From IMG/VR virus record IMGVR_UViG_3300025608_000081, positions 1 to 25,908 of that record: a stretch of 25,908 bases of DNA, one strand, 5' to 3'. Position numbers and translations under genes: made by a program. The notes under the pieces were generated by a model that was not told the origin of the DNA, searched no databases, and was given only the letters and a program-made list of their open reading frames with translations. Below, piece after piece: positions 1 to 9,180 of the stretch; the first letter of the stretch is position 1, and every line of letters starts with the position of its first letter. Origin of the DNA: a virus (taxonomy: Duplodnaviria; Caudoviricetes).

Positions 1-624
<624 letters not shown>

Positions 625-632
625 AGTATTAG

Positions 633-641
633 TGGTATAAT
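633..641 (+). promoter_or_regulatory. Extended -10 promoter, leaderless
   Basis: TGG-TATAAT (hexamer 636-641), 6 nt spacer, then ATG at 648; no Shine-Dalgarno. Confidence 0.7.
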
Positions 642-647
642 TTACTT

Positions 648-1436
648 ATGGATAAAAGATTAGACTGGAAGCCTAGGTTTGACGATAGGTCTAGAATGTA
701 CGGCATTCGGCCATTGCTAGGCACTTCAAAAAAGAAAAAGAAGCCTACATTTTGGCAAGAGGGTACAGTCCTTGATCAAGGCGCAGAGGGTGCATGTGTT
801 GGTTTTGGCTGGTTGGCAGAAATTATTGCAAAGCCAGTAGTGCCAGACGAGCAGCCAACAGAGGAAGTTGGCAATCACCTTGCTCAATTTTATTACGAAG
901 AAGCAAAAAAGCTTGACAAATGGGAAGGTCAAGATTACGAAGGAACCTCTGTTCTCGCAGGGGCGAAAGTAATGAAAAAGTACGGACTCATCTCTGAATA
1001 CCGTTGGTGCTTTAACATTGATGACATCATTGACGCAGTAGCTCTGCAGGGTCCAGTAGTTATTGGTATTCCCTGGTACAACTCTATGTATAGAACAAAC
1101 AGTCAAGGTCTCTGCGGAGTTAGTGGAGAAAAGGTCGGAGGTCACTGTATTACGCTGACTGGATATGACCCTGCAAAAGTATTTGGAAGACAGACCATTG
1201 AAGTTTTTAGATGGAGAAACTCTTGGGGAGAAGAGTATGGGGTAAACGGTTCTGGATATATTCGGGTTTCAGATCTTCGCAAACTTTTTGCAGAAGGTGG
1301 AGAGGCTTGCATTCCTATTATTAGAAATAAGCCTAACCTAGCATTCCCACCAAAGAGTATTATCAAGAAGAGAACATTCTGGGACTACTTGCTTACTGCA
1401 ATTGTTAATTGGTTTAAGTTTAGATTTTCTTCATAA
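648..1436 (+). CDS. Papain-like (C1-family) cysteine peptidase
   Basis: DQGAEGACVGFG (oxyanion Gln and catalytic Cys), GGHCI (His), RNSWG (Asn). Confidence 0.85.
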   Translation: MDKRLDWKPRFDDRSRMYGIRPLLGTSKKKKKPTFWQEGTVLDQGAEGACVGFGWLAEIIAKPVVPDEQPTEEVGNHLAQFYYEEAKKLDKWEGQDYEGTSVLAGAKVMKKYGLISEYRWCFNIDDIIDAVALQGPVVIGIPWYNSMYRTNSQGLCGVSGEKVGGHCITLTGYDPAKVFGRQTIEVFRWRNSWGEEYGVNGSGYIRVSDLRKLFAEGGEACIPIIRNKPNLAFPPKSIIKKRTFWDYLLTAIVNWFKFRFSS

Positions 1437-1447
1437 TTAAATAACAG

Positions 1448-1520
1448 TGGGGTGTAGCTCAGTTGGCAGAGCGTTCGACTGTTAATCGAAATGTCGCTGG
1501 TTCGAGCCCAGCCACCCCAG
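1448..1520 (+). tRNA. tRNA-Asn (GTT)
   Basis: Acceptor TGGGGTG/CACCCCA, D-arm TAGCTCAGTTGG, anticodon arm TTCGA-CTGTTAA-TCGAA, T-loop GTTCGAG; CCA not encoded. Confidence 0.95.
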
Positions 1521-1572
1521 CGGATCCCTATCCTAGCATCACTCAACGATATTTCACTGGGTAGGGATTCTT

Positions 1573-1646
1573 GGCCTTGTAGCTCAGTTGGTTAGAGTGC
1601 CACCCTGTCACGGTGGAAGTCGCGGGTTCAAGTCCCGTCAAGGTCG
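1573..1646 (+). tRNA. tRNA-Asp (GTC)
   Basis: Acceptor GGCCTTG/CAAGGTC, anticodon arm CCACC-CTGTCAC-GGTGG, T-loop GTTCAAG. Confidence 0.95.
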
Positions 1647-1650
1647 CAAC

Positions 1651-1679
1651 TTGACATCAAACTTTTGAGAGGGTATACT
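1651..1679 (+). promoter_or_regulatory. SigA/sigma70-type promoter, leaderless
   Basis: TTGACA (1651-1656), 17 nt, TATACT (1674-1679), 6 nt, ATG at 1686. Confidence 0.8.
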
Positions 1680-1685
1680 TTTAGC

Positions 1686-2162
1686 ATGAGAGCAAAAGAG
1701 ATGGAAGAACACTTTCAAGAAGCCATTGCAGAGATTGAGTTATACGATGAGTGGGAAGAAGATTACCCGATCGTTAAAACCATCTTCGCAGATGAGATAA
1801 CTGAAGCAGAGCGATCAGAGCTTCAGGAGCTAGATAAGCAGAATCTTGTTTGGACTCAGCACGGCACCTGTGAGCGGGAGGCAATAACATCTGAGTTTAT
1901 AGAGTTTCCTGGTAGCGGCTGCGGTTGCTACACGTCCTATGCCTATCACGTCTCTAGCAAACCTCATGAAGGCGAAGATGACAGATATAGCGGGCTATAT
2001 ACAGAGGTCGATGTCTACTGCCCTATTTGCAACAAAAATGGTGACTTTGAGAACGAGGATGAAGATTGCCCTGGACCAGACCTTTCGCTAATATCTGCAA
2101 TTAATTTTGAAAACATTGATACCCATGGATGTGAAGACGGAGTAATTAGATTTTATTTATAA
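1686..2162 (+). CDS. Acidic Cys-rich hypothetical protein, possibly metal-binding
   Basis: ORF with HGTC, GCGC and CPIC motifs; start moved from 1665 to the ATG at 1686 to fit the promoter. Confidence 0.65.
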   Translation: MRAKEMEEHFQEAIAEIELYDEWEEDYPIVKTIFADEITEAERSELQELDKQNLVWTQHGTCEREAITSEFIEFPGSGCGCYTSYAYHVSSKPHEGEDDRYSGLYTEVDVYCPICNKNGDFENEDEDCPGPDLSLISAINFENIDTHGCEDGVIRFYL

Positions 2163-2170
2163 TAAAATAA

Positions 2171-2243
2171 GCCTCTGTAGCTCAGGGGACAGAGCAATGG
2201 ACTTCTAATCCATGTGTCGTAGGTTCGAATCCTACCAGGGGTA
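2171..2243 (+). tRNA. tRNA-Arg (TCT)
   Basis: Acceptor GCCTCTG/CAGGGGT, anticodon arm ATGGA-CTTCTAA-TCCAT, T-loop GTTCGAA. Confidence 0.93.
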
Positions 2244-2250
2244 CGAGTTG

Positions 2251-2259
2251 TGGTAGAAT
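2251..2259 (+). promoter_or_regulatory. Extended -10 promoter upstream of katG
   Basis: TGG-TAGAAT about 40 nt before the katG ATG. Confidence 0.55.
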
Positions 2260-2297
2260 ATACCCATACTTTATAAACAAGAAAGAGAGAGTGCAAA

Positions 2298-4679
2298 ATG
2301 AGCGACGAACCAAAGTGCCCATTCCCACACGAACAAATTAAAAAAGCAACAACTGCAAGTACACCCACAAACAAACAGTGGTGGCCAAAACAGGTAAACT
2401 TGGACATCCTTTCACACAGTGATGAATCAGTGAACCCTTTGGGCAAAGACTTTGATTATGCCAAAGAGTTTGACTCTTTGTGGCTTGGTGAAGTAAAAGA
2501 TTTTATTAAGAGAATTATGGTTGGGGATGAAGAGCTAATTGGCGCCCCAGGAAATGGTCAACCCGCCCCAGAAGGAATGCCGTACGGGCAAGAGTATTGG
2601 TGGCCAGCTGACTGGGGCCACTATGGACCCTTGTTTATTCGACTGGCTTGGCACTCTGCAGGAACATATAGAGTTTCGGATGGCCGTGGTGGTGGGGGAA
2701 ATGGGCTGCATAGATTCGCGCCCTTAAACTCTTGGCCAGACAACGCTAACCTGGATAAGGCAAGGAGAATCCTTTGGCCAGTTAAAGAAAGGTTTGGGAA
2801 CAAGCTTAGCTGGGCAGATTTATTTATTTTAGCTGGAAACGTAGCACTAGAAGACATGGGGTTTGAAACTTTAGGTTTTGCTGGTGGACGAGAAGATGTT
2901 TACCTTCCAGACAATACGTACTGGGGACCAGAGTCAGAGTGGCTTGCTAGTGAAAGATACAAAAATCAAGACTTGCGGGAAGACCTAGACAACCCCCTTG
3001 CTGCCGTCCAAATGGGTCTTATCTATGTCAACCCAGAGGGACCAAACGGTAACGCGGATGACTTTTCTGGATCTGCCCGAGACATTCGTGAAACATTTGC
3101 ACGGATGGCCATGAATGACGAAGAGACTGTTGCCCTGGTGGCTGGTGGTCATGCTTTTGGAAAGGCACACGGCAACGGCGATGCTTCTCAGCTGGGACCA
3201 GAGCCAGAAGCCACTGGGCTTGAGAGCACTAATCTTGGTTGGAAAAATACGCAGGGCAAGGGGCACTCAGAAGATACTGTAACTAGCGGTTTGGAGGGTG
3301 CCTGGACACCCACACCACTAAAGTGGGACAACAAGTACCTAGAGTTATTATACAAGTATGAGTGGGTAAAGGTTGAAAGTCCCGCTGGAGCCCAGCAGTG
3401 GGAGCCAGTAGACTGCCAGCCAGAAGACATGGTGCCCGATGCGCACATCGAAGGCAAAATGAACAAGCCTATGATGCTCACCACTGATTTAGCATTGAGA
3501 TTTGGAGACCCCGAGTACGACAAGATCTGCAAAAAGTTCTTGGAAGACTTTGATTACTTTTCAGATGCTTTTGCTAAGGCCTGGTTTAAGCTCACCCACC
3601 GTGACATGGGGCCAGTCTCTAGATATAGGGGTGACGACTTGCCGAGTGAGACTTTTTTGTGGCAAGATCCTGTTCACGAAAACGAATACCCAGCTCCTTC
3701 TGAAAAAGATCTATACAATCTTAAAGGAAACATTATTCATCTGTTAGAAAAAAAAGAAAGTAAGATTAGCTTTACCTGGGGAAATGATGGGAAGCAAGAC
3801 TCAAGACCCCTGGACCTGAGAGACCTGGTCTTTACAGCATGGGTTTCGGCATCTACTTTTAGAAATACTGATAAGCGTGGCGGGGCAAATGGCGCAAGAA
3901 TTCTTTTAGAGCCAATGAAGTCTTGGGATTTTGTTGACTACGAACGAGTCGAGCTTACTCTAAATCTTTTAAGAAAAGCAAAAGAATCTTTAAACATTAA
4001 GATGTCCAATGCTGACTTAATTGTTTTTGGAGGCAAGGTCGGCCTTGAAAAAGCAATAAGCTACACTGGGTACGAAGTAGAAGTACCGTTTACTCCTGGC
4101 AGGGGGGACGCTACGCAAGACCAGATCGATCCTGAGTCAGTTAATCATCTAGAGCCATGTGCTGACGGATTCTTGAACTGGACAAATCCATGGCTAAACG
4201 TAAACCACCAACTAGACAAAATTGCTGAACACTTGTTAGTGGATAGGTCAGCATTGCTCGGGCTAACTATCCCAGAAATGGTTGCACTCCTTGTTGGGTT
4301 TAGAGCCCTAAGCCTGCATCACCGAGGGTCAGACATTTCTTCTGAGAGTTGGAACAGAAAAACTGGTCATAAGGTAAACAATGACTTTTTAGAAAATGCC
4401 TTGTTGAAGCAGTGGTACAACTGGACACCTTTTGCAGATGATGAAGGAGAGGATCCAGTCGATAGCGAACGTGCTTACTGGTTTGCTGGACAGCACTATG
4501 TGCACCAAACCAGAATTAAGGTTAGCAGGGCCGACATGTTTATTGCGTCAAACTCTATTCTTAGGTCGGTAGCTGAGGTCTATGGCGGTGTTGATGGCAA
4601 CATTGTTTTAATTAAAAACTTTGTTAAAGCTTGGGACAAGGTGATGCTAGCTGATCGCTTTGATCTGAAGAATAAATAG
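2298..4679 (+). CDS. katG: Catalase-peroxidase
   Basis: N-terminal KCPF, WWP, IRLAWHSAGTYR (distal R/W/H), MGLIYVNPEG (adduct Tyr), TFARMAMNDEET (adduct Met), GGHAFGKAHG (proximal His), TSGLEG, second domain with TDKRGGANGAR and C-terminal DRFD. Confidence 0.97.
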   Translation: MSDEPKCPFPHEQIKKATTASTPTNKQWWPKQVNLDILSHSDESVNPLGKDFDYAKEFDSLWLGEVKDFIKRIMVGDEELIGAPGNGQPAPEGMPYGQEYWWPADWGHYGPLFIRLAWHSAGTYRVSDGRGGGGNGLHRFAPLNSWPDNANLDKARRILWPVKERFGNKLSWADLFILAGNVALEDMGFETLGFAGGREDVYLPDNTYWGPESEWLASERYKNQDLREDLDNPLAAVQMGLIYVNPEGPNGNADDFSGSARDIRETFARMAMNDEETVALVAGGHAFGKAHGNGDASQLGPEPEATGLESTNLGWKNTQGKGHSEDTVTSGLEGAWTPTPLKWDNKYLELLYKYEWVKVESPAGAQQWEPVDCQPEDMVPDAHIEGKMNKPMMLTTDLALRFGDPEYDKICKKFLEDFDYFSDAFAKAWFKLTHRDMGPVSRYRGDDLPSETFLWQDPVHENEYPAPSEKDLYNLKGNIIHLLEKKESKISFTWGNDGKQDSRPLDLRDLVFTAWVSASTFRNTDKRGGANGARILLEPMKSWDFVDYERVELTLNLLRKAKESLNIKMSNADLIVFGGKVGLEKAISYTGYEVEVPFTPGRGDATQDQIDPESVNHLEPCADGFLNWTNPWLNVNHQLDKIAEHLLVDRSALLGLTIPEMVALLVGFRALSLHHRGSDISSESWNRKTGHKVNNDFLENALLKQWYNWTPFADDEGEDPVDSERAYWFAGQHYVHQTRIKVSRADMFIASNSILRSVAEVYGGVDGNIVLIKNFVKAWDKVMLADRFDLKNK

Positions 4680-4687
4680 GAGAAAAA

Positions 4688-4936
4688 ATGAAAGAGTATT
4701 ATTTTAGACCAATTTTGGATGTTGTAAAAAGAGTTTATCTAGAAAACGCAGGCTCGGATTATGAGACTAACGAAGACTTTTTTAATGCAACTTTGGTTGT
4801 TAAGGCGGATGACGAGGATGTTTGTCAGCAAATCCGTGGCGGCATAACCGACATAACTATGTGGGAGATGTTTGATCCAGAAACAGGAGAGACTCTGCCA
4901 CATAATCTAAAGAATCCGGAGCCCTGGCAGCTCTAA
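4688..4936 (+). CDS. Acidic hypothetical protein
   Basis: AGGAG RBS directly after the katG stop; 82 aa ORF. Confidence 0.7.
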   Translation: MKEYYFRPILDVVKRVYLENAGSDYETNEDFFNATLVVKADDEDVCQQIRGGITDITMWEMFDPETGETLPHNLKNPEPWQL

Positions 4937-4943
4937 TAGAACA

Positions 4944-5020
4944 GCCTCCTTAGCTCAGTTGGCCAGAGCACCGCTCTTGTAAAGCGGGGGTCGTCAGTTC
5001 GAATCTGACAGGAGGCTCCA
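4944..5020 (+). tRNA. tRNA-Thr (TGT)
   Basis: Acceptor GCCTCCT/AGGAGGC, anticodon arm CCGCT-CTTGTAA-AGCGG, encoded CCA at 5018-5020. Confidence 0.95.
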
Positions 5021-5059
5021 TCTTAAATAGATGTATAATATAAGAAACAAGGAGGAGAC

Positions 5060-5173
5060 ATGTTTTATTTCTGGCACGCACTAGCAATCGTTCTGCTATC
5101 GGTATCATCTTTTGGTATTGGCTACCAGGTTGCTAAAGAAAATGTATTGTCTATTTTTAAGAAGGGAAAATAA
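5060..5173 (+). CDS. 37-aa membrane microprotein (not in ORF track)
   Basis: AGGAGG RBS; MFYFWHALAIVLLSVSSFGIGYQVAKENVLSIFKKGK; its stop abuts the nrdH ATG. Confidence 0.7.
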   Translation: MFYFWHALAIVLLSVSSFGIGYQVAKENVLSIFKKGK

Positions 5174-5395
5174 ATGACTACTGTGTATACCAAACCTAAT
5201 TGTGTCCAATGCGACATGACTAAGAGGCTAATGGATAAGATTGGGGTGGAGTATGACACAGTTGATATTGTAGAAAACCCCGCAGAATTAGACAAGCTTA
5301 TTGAAATGGGCTATCGTGCAGCTCCTGTGGTCGTAACAGACAATGACTCTTGGGCTGGATTTCAACCAGACAAGATCACTGAGCTAGCCGCTTAA
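5174..5395 (+). CDS. nrdH: Glutaredoxin-like NrdH redoxin
   Basis: VYTKPNCVQC, APVVV and WAGFQPDKI motifs. Confidence 0.93.
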   Translation: MTTVYTKPNCVQCDMTKRLMDKIGVEYDTVDIVENPAELDKLIEMGYRAAPVVVTDNDSWAGFQPDKITELAA

Positions 5396-5901
5396 GCTGG
5401 GTTATCTATATAACTGCCGTGCATAGCAAAGTGGTCTACTGTTTGAAGTGTTCTTGGGCTACCCTGCTGGAATGGCTGAAGCTGTCCATTACTTCCAGAA
5501 TAGTGTAGGAGAACTCTGCTTTCACCAGCTTCGCATATACCTGTAATGTGATAATAATTATTTGCAGATACATCATGCAGTACGCCATCAAAAGAAATGT
5601 CTCTCTTTGTTGGGAATGGAATATCTAGGAAGTACTGACCACTTCCAAAGTTCGTAATATTAGAAAAATCTACCTCAATGTCAACATACACTAGCGTTCC
5701 ATACTTTATGTAGTGTCCAGCAAATAGTGGGTCACCGCTGAATGTTGGCTGTGTTCCAAGAGTTCCACCATTTACAACAAATGATATTTCTGCAGGGGAA
5801 ACGTTAGAAAGATCTGGCTTATTTAAGATTTGAGCCAGCCCCGTGGTTGCATCCCAGTCTGCGTTAACTGGATCTGCACCTGCATTAGTAAACCTAGCCA
5901 T
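5392..5901 (-). CDS. Hypothetical beta-rich protein, possibly tail-fibre-related
   Basis: ADWDATTGLAQILNKP resembles a segment common in phage fibre proteins; coupled to the upstream gene by a TAATG overlap. Confidence 0.55.
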   Translation of the reverse strand: MARFTNAGADPVNADWDATTGLAQILNKPDLSNVSPAEISFVVNGGTLGTQPTFSGDPLFAGHYIKYGTLVYVDIEVDFSNITNFGSGQYFLDIPFPTKRDISFDGVLHDVSANNYYHITGICEAGESRVLLHYSGSNGQLQPFQQGSPRTLQTVDHFAMHGSYIDNPA

Positions 5902-6179
5902 TAGTTTTGACTCTCCAGATTAGTCTGTAGAATTGCTAGGGGTGTATCGCTAGCCGATGCTATTGTGTAAAGTGCATCCAGTCCAGGTAGTTCAATTGAA
6001 AATGCCTGTCCAGGGGATAGCCTAAAGCCATAGTTGGTAGTAGAAACACCTTCTCCACCAACATAAATAGTCTCAGACTCGCTCACATTCTGGAGGGTAA
6101 TGTCCATCCCTGAGTGTGTTCCATTGGGGGTAATTCTTTTTGCAACTGCCCCAATCAGTTCTATTCTATGTGCTGTCAT
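5901..6179 (-). CDS. Hypothetical phage protein
   Basis: 92 aa ORF with leaderless promoter TGA-TACAAT-N6-ATG. Confidence 0.7.
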   Translation of the reverse strand: MTAHRIELIGAVAKRITPNGTHSGMDITLQNVSESETIYVGGEGVSTTNYGFRLSPGQAFSIELPGLDALYTIASASDTPLAILQTNLESQN

Positions 6180-6185
6180 AATACA

Positions 6186-6207
6186 ATTGTATCACGCATG
6201 TTATAAT
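6186..6207. promoter_or_regulatory. Back-to-back divergent leaderless extended -10 promoters
   Basis: Minus strand: TGA-TACAAT (6186-6191), 6 nt to ATG 6179. Plus strand: TGT-TATAAT (6202-6207), 6 nt to ATG 6214. Confidence 0.7.
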
Positions 6208-6213
6208 ATTATT

Positions 6214-6954
6214 ATGAAGCTATACAACCCCGCACCAGGTCGCAAGGTCACAAGCCCCTATGGGCCAAGAAAGCACCCAATTACTGGGCAACGCAACAAA
6301 ATGCATCACGGTATTGATTACGGTGGGTCTTTTGATGTTTTGTGTGCAGGCGATGGGGTTGTAGAGCACGTCGGCTGGTCTCCCAAAGGTGGCGGACATG
6401 TTGTTATTATCAAACATGCATCAGACCTTTACACTGTTTATTACCACGGTCGTGAAGCCACTAAGCTACAAAAGGGTGAGCGAGTAAGAGCTGGTCAGTT
6501 TATATATCGTTCTGGAAATACTGGGGCTAGCAACGGAAGCCATCTTCACTTCGAGTGCCGAAGAAGCAGAAAGTGGGGGGATAGCGTGGATCCCAATAGC
6601 TATCTCTCAGATGAGAAGCCAGGAGATAAGCCATCAGAACCAGAGAGAGCAAAGATAAAGGTCACTGGAAGACTTGATCGCTCTACCTGGAAAGCCTGGC
6701 AAGCAGCACTAAAGGCTAATCCAAAATACGAATACTACGGCGTTATTGACGGCATTCCTGGACCAATTACATGGAAGGCTGTGCAAAGATCAGCTGGCTC
6801 GAAAGCTGATGGTATTCCTGGGCCAAACACCCGCAAGGCCGTACAGCGCCTCCTGAAGCTTCTGAGAGAGTATTCTGGACGCATCGATGGCATCTGGGGT
6901 AGGGGAACAATCAGCGCTCTTCAAAGAGCCCTAAACAAAGGAACTTATAGATAA
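6214..6954 (+). CDS. Endolysin: M23 peptidase plus peptidoglycan-binding repeats
   Basis: HHGID (HxxxD), YYHG and GSHLHFE motifs; C-terminal DGIPGP/DGIWG repeats; start moved to MKLYNP at 6214. Confidence 0.9.
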   Translation: MKLYNPAPGRKVTSPYGPRKHPITGQRNKMHHGIDYGGSFDVLCAGDGVVEHVGWSPKGGGHVVIIKHASDLYTVYYHGREATKLQKGERVRAGQFIYRSGNTGASNGSHLHFECRRSRKWGDSVDPNSYLSDEKPGDKPSEPERAKIKVTGRLDRSTWKAWQAALKANPKYEYYGVIDGIPGPITWKAVQRSAGSKADGIPGPNTRKAVQRLLKLLREYSGRIDGIWGRGTISALQRALNKGTYR

Positions 6955-7310
6955 TGTGGACTAATTTAATTACTGTTTTTAATAGGCTAAGAGATAACAA
7001 CAAAGCTAATAAAGAGATTTCGGACAGAGCAATTGCGCAAGGGCCATCCTGGAGACACCGCAGAAGGTTAATCTATGGAGCTTATATCATTGCAATCTTA
7101 ATGATTATCTTTGGTGCGGTAACTGTTTTTACAACAAGCCAGGTTGGGGTGGAGATGGTTGTTGGCGGAGTAGCTTTGCTATCTATTATTGTAACTGCGT
7201 ACACAACATCTGCTACCTATGAGGATGTCAAAATCTGGAAAAGATCTGGCCCTGAGCCTTTGGAAAACCCTCTGGATCAATTTGACACAGACAACCCAGA
7301 TGGTATATAA
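6954..7310 (+). CDS. Two-TM membrane protein in lysis cassette (holin-like or accessory)
   Basis: Two hydrophobic segments; lies between the endolysin and holin, with a TAATG overlap. Confidence 0.65.
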   Translation: MWTNLITVFNRLRDNNKANKEISDRAIAQGPSWRHRRRLIYGAYIIAILMIIFGAVTVFTTSQVGVEMVVGGVALLSIIVTAYTTSATYEDVKIWKRSGPEPLENPLDQFDTDNPDGI

Positions 7311-7340
7311 TTATTAGGTTATAACGAAAGGAAATATAAC

Positions 7341-7574
7341 ATGATCATGACAGTTGCTTTTTGGAAGTCAGCAGGAGAACGCGCAATTAAGACAGCGGCC
7401 CAGGCTGCTATCGCTATCCTCGGTGCCGACCAGTTTGTTACAGCAATGGACGTAAACTGGGGCGAGGTTGGTGGAGTTGCGTTGTTGGCAGGTATTCTAT
7501 CTGTACTAACATCAATCGTAATCCCTGCTGCTGAAACCAAGGCTGCCGTACGTGCGGAGCTAGCGAGTAAGTAA
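7341..7574 (+). CDS. r1t-type holin
   Basis: [19 protein letters not shown]...LSVLTSI signature; GAAAGGA RBS. Confidence 0.85.
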   Translation: MIMTVAFWKSAGERAIKTAAQAAIAILGADQFVTAMDVNWGEVGGVALLAGILSVLTSIVIPAAETKAAVRAELASK

Positions 7575-7759
7575 TGCCAATATACCAGTATAAGTGTGCT
7601 GGTTGCGGTGAAATGGTAGACAAGATCAGGGGCATCAATGAACCAGATGTCCCTGGTTTTGTTTGTACCAGCTGCGAAGGCACTATGAAAAGACACTATG
7701 CCTCTGGCGCATTCGGTGTGCAATTTAACGGAAGCGGATGGGCGAGTAAAGATAGATAG
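7574..7759 (+). CDS. FmdB-family zinc-ribbon protein
   Basis: [12 protein letters not shown]...CTSC...VQFNGSGW. Confidence 0.85.
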   Translation: MPIYQYKCAGCGEMVDKIRGINEPDVPGFVCTSCEGTMKRHYASGAFGVQFNGSGWASKDR

Positions 7760-7788
7760 TTGACATCTTCAACTAAACCAGTTATAAT
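7760..7788 (+). promoter_or_regulatory. Consensus SigA/sigma70-type promoter
   Basis: TTGACA-N17-TATAAT upstream of the GGAG RBS and ATG at 7826. Confidence 0.8.
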
Positions 7789-7825
7789 AGTTAAGACAAT
7801 ATCCACCACTAACAATGGAGAAATA

Positions 7826-8071
7826 ATGACAACAGCTACCCTTGACAAGAAGACCGCCGAGCGTCAGCTCACTGTGCAGGACCGCTGTGACGCAGAGTGC
7901 GATGCTCAGGCCTATGTAAAGGTTGTTGGAAGCACTGGTGACTTGCTTTTCTGCTCTCACCACTACACAAAGATCATGAAGGATGCAAATGGCTACCTTG
8001 CCATGAGCACCTTTGCTACAGAAACTATTGACGAGAGGCAATATCTTTCAGATAAGAGAGCTGGTCTTTAG
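7826..8071 (+). CDS. Small actinobacterial-type Cys/His protein
   Basis: LTVQDRCD...AQAYV...LLFCSHH pattern resembles a conserved small actinobacterial family; start moved to 7826 (RBS). Confidence 0.7.
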   Translation: MTTATLDKKTAERQLTVQDRCDAECDAQAYVKVVGSTGDLLFCSHHYTKIMKDANGYLAMSTFATETIDERQYLSDKRAGL

Positions 8072-8493
8072 TGGAATACTTTTTGGGCTCTATCTTAACG
8101 TTCGCAATTATTCTAGTTGCTAACAGGGTATTAAGAGAGCCTATTAAAAAGTTTAAAACAAAAGAGATTAAGTATACACAAAGTCATGTTTACAGCCTGG
8201 TAGCGCCTTTGCTGCAGTTTGTGCCAGAAGACAAAAAGATGCCACCGACTCAAGCAACTAAGTTTATCGAGAACTCGTATATTCGTGTTGTTGTATTAGA
8301 AAGGTCTGCTTATTGGATTAAAGACAACACTCTTTATACAGCAGACATTATAGAGGGGGCAGTAGACAGGTCAACCACAAAGAGAGTTGACACAATGACT
8401 ATGGATAAGGTACAATTAGATCAGACTTTGTTTATTGTAGAAAAACTGAGAGAGGGACTTGATAATGATTTTGGCGGTACAGGGAAGCAATAG
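8071..8493 (+). CDS. Hypothetical protein with N-terminal membrane anchor
   Basis: GTG start overlapping the upstream stop; hydrophobic N-terminus. Confidence 0.7.
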   Translation: MEYFLGSILTFAIILVANRVLREPIKKFKTKEIKYTQSHVYSLVAPLLQFVPEDKKMPPTQATKFIENSYIRVVVLERSAYWIKDNTLYTADIIEGAVDRSTTKRVDTMTMDKVQLDQTLFIVEKLREGLDNDFGGTGKQ

Positions 8494-8818
8494 GTTTGAA
8501 GATTACACAATCTTCTTGCGATCCATGCTAACTGGTCTGGGAACCATGCATGACGACGATAAAGAAATTAATATTTACTCTGCTGGTCCATATCGAGTGA
8601 ATGATATGGCCCAAGAGTTTTCGAACAAATCTGAAGACAGCCTTAGGGCTCGTGGAATCAGAATTAGGGTTCGTAAAGTTACTCAGAGGTGGCTAAAGAC
8701 CAATATGGGGTCAGTAGACTACTTCGCTTTTTTTAGCAAGCCAGGAGAGCCCATCTCCGAGCTTGTTGATGTAGCAGATGATTTGAAGGTAGAAGCGCAG
8801 GTGTATACCTTCCAATGA
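8465..8818 (+). CDS. Hypothetical protein, weakly SLOG/YspA-like
   Basis: ILAVQGSNRFEDY N-terminus resembles SLOG-family starts; ATGA overlap with the deaminase gene. Confidence 0.55.
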   Translation: MILAVQGSNRFEDYTIFLRSMLTGLGTMHDDDKEINIYSAGPYRVNDMAQEFSNKSEDSLRARGIRIRVRKVTQRWLKTNMGSVDYFAFFSKPGEPISELVDVADDLKVEAQVYTFQ

Positions 8819-9174
8819 TTCTGAGTAGGAGTGAGCAAGCATTCCTGTCCGTTGCTAGATATTTCGCTGCAAAATCTGCGGCAAATAAAAAGCATGGGGC
8901 AGTGATTGTTAAGTCTGGAAGTGTAATAGGTAGGGGGTACAACAAGGATACTAACAATCCTATGTTTGTTTCCCCAGAGCACATCAAGACCCATTGCTCA
9001 AGGCATGCCGAGATAGAGGCTATTAGGGATGCCAATTGGAACGTTGACGGGGCTATCCTGTATGTTGCGAGAGTCAACAGGCAGGGGCAGGACCGTAACA
9101 GCAAGCCTTGCAAATATTGTGAGCTTGTTATTAATGAAACAAAAATAAAAAAAGTAATCTATACGAGGGAATGA
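8815..9174 (+). CDS. Zn-dependent cytidine/dCMP deaminase-family protein
   Basis: HGAVIV, HAE and PCKYC motifs. Confidence 0.88.
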   Translation: MILSRSEQAFLSVARYFAAKSAANKKHGAVIVKSGSVIGRGYNKDTNNPMFVSPEHIKTHCSRHAEIEAIRDANWNVDGAILYVARVNRQGQDRNSKPCKYCELVINETKIKKVIYTRE

Positions 9175-9180
9175 GTAGTC

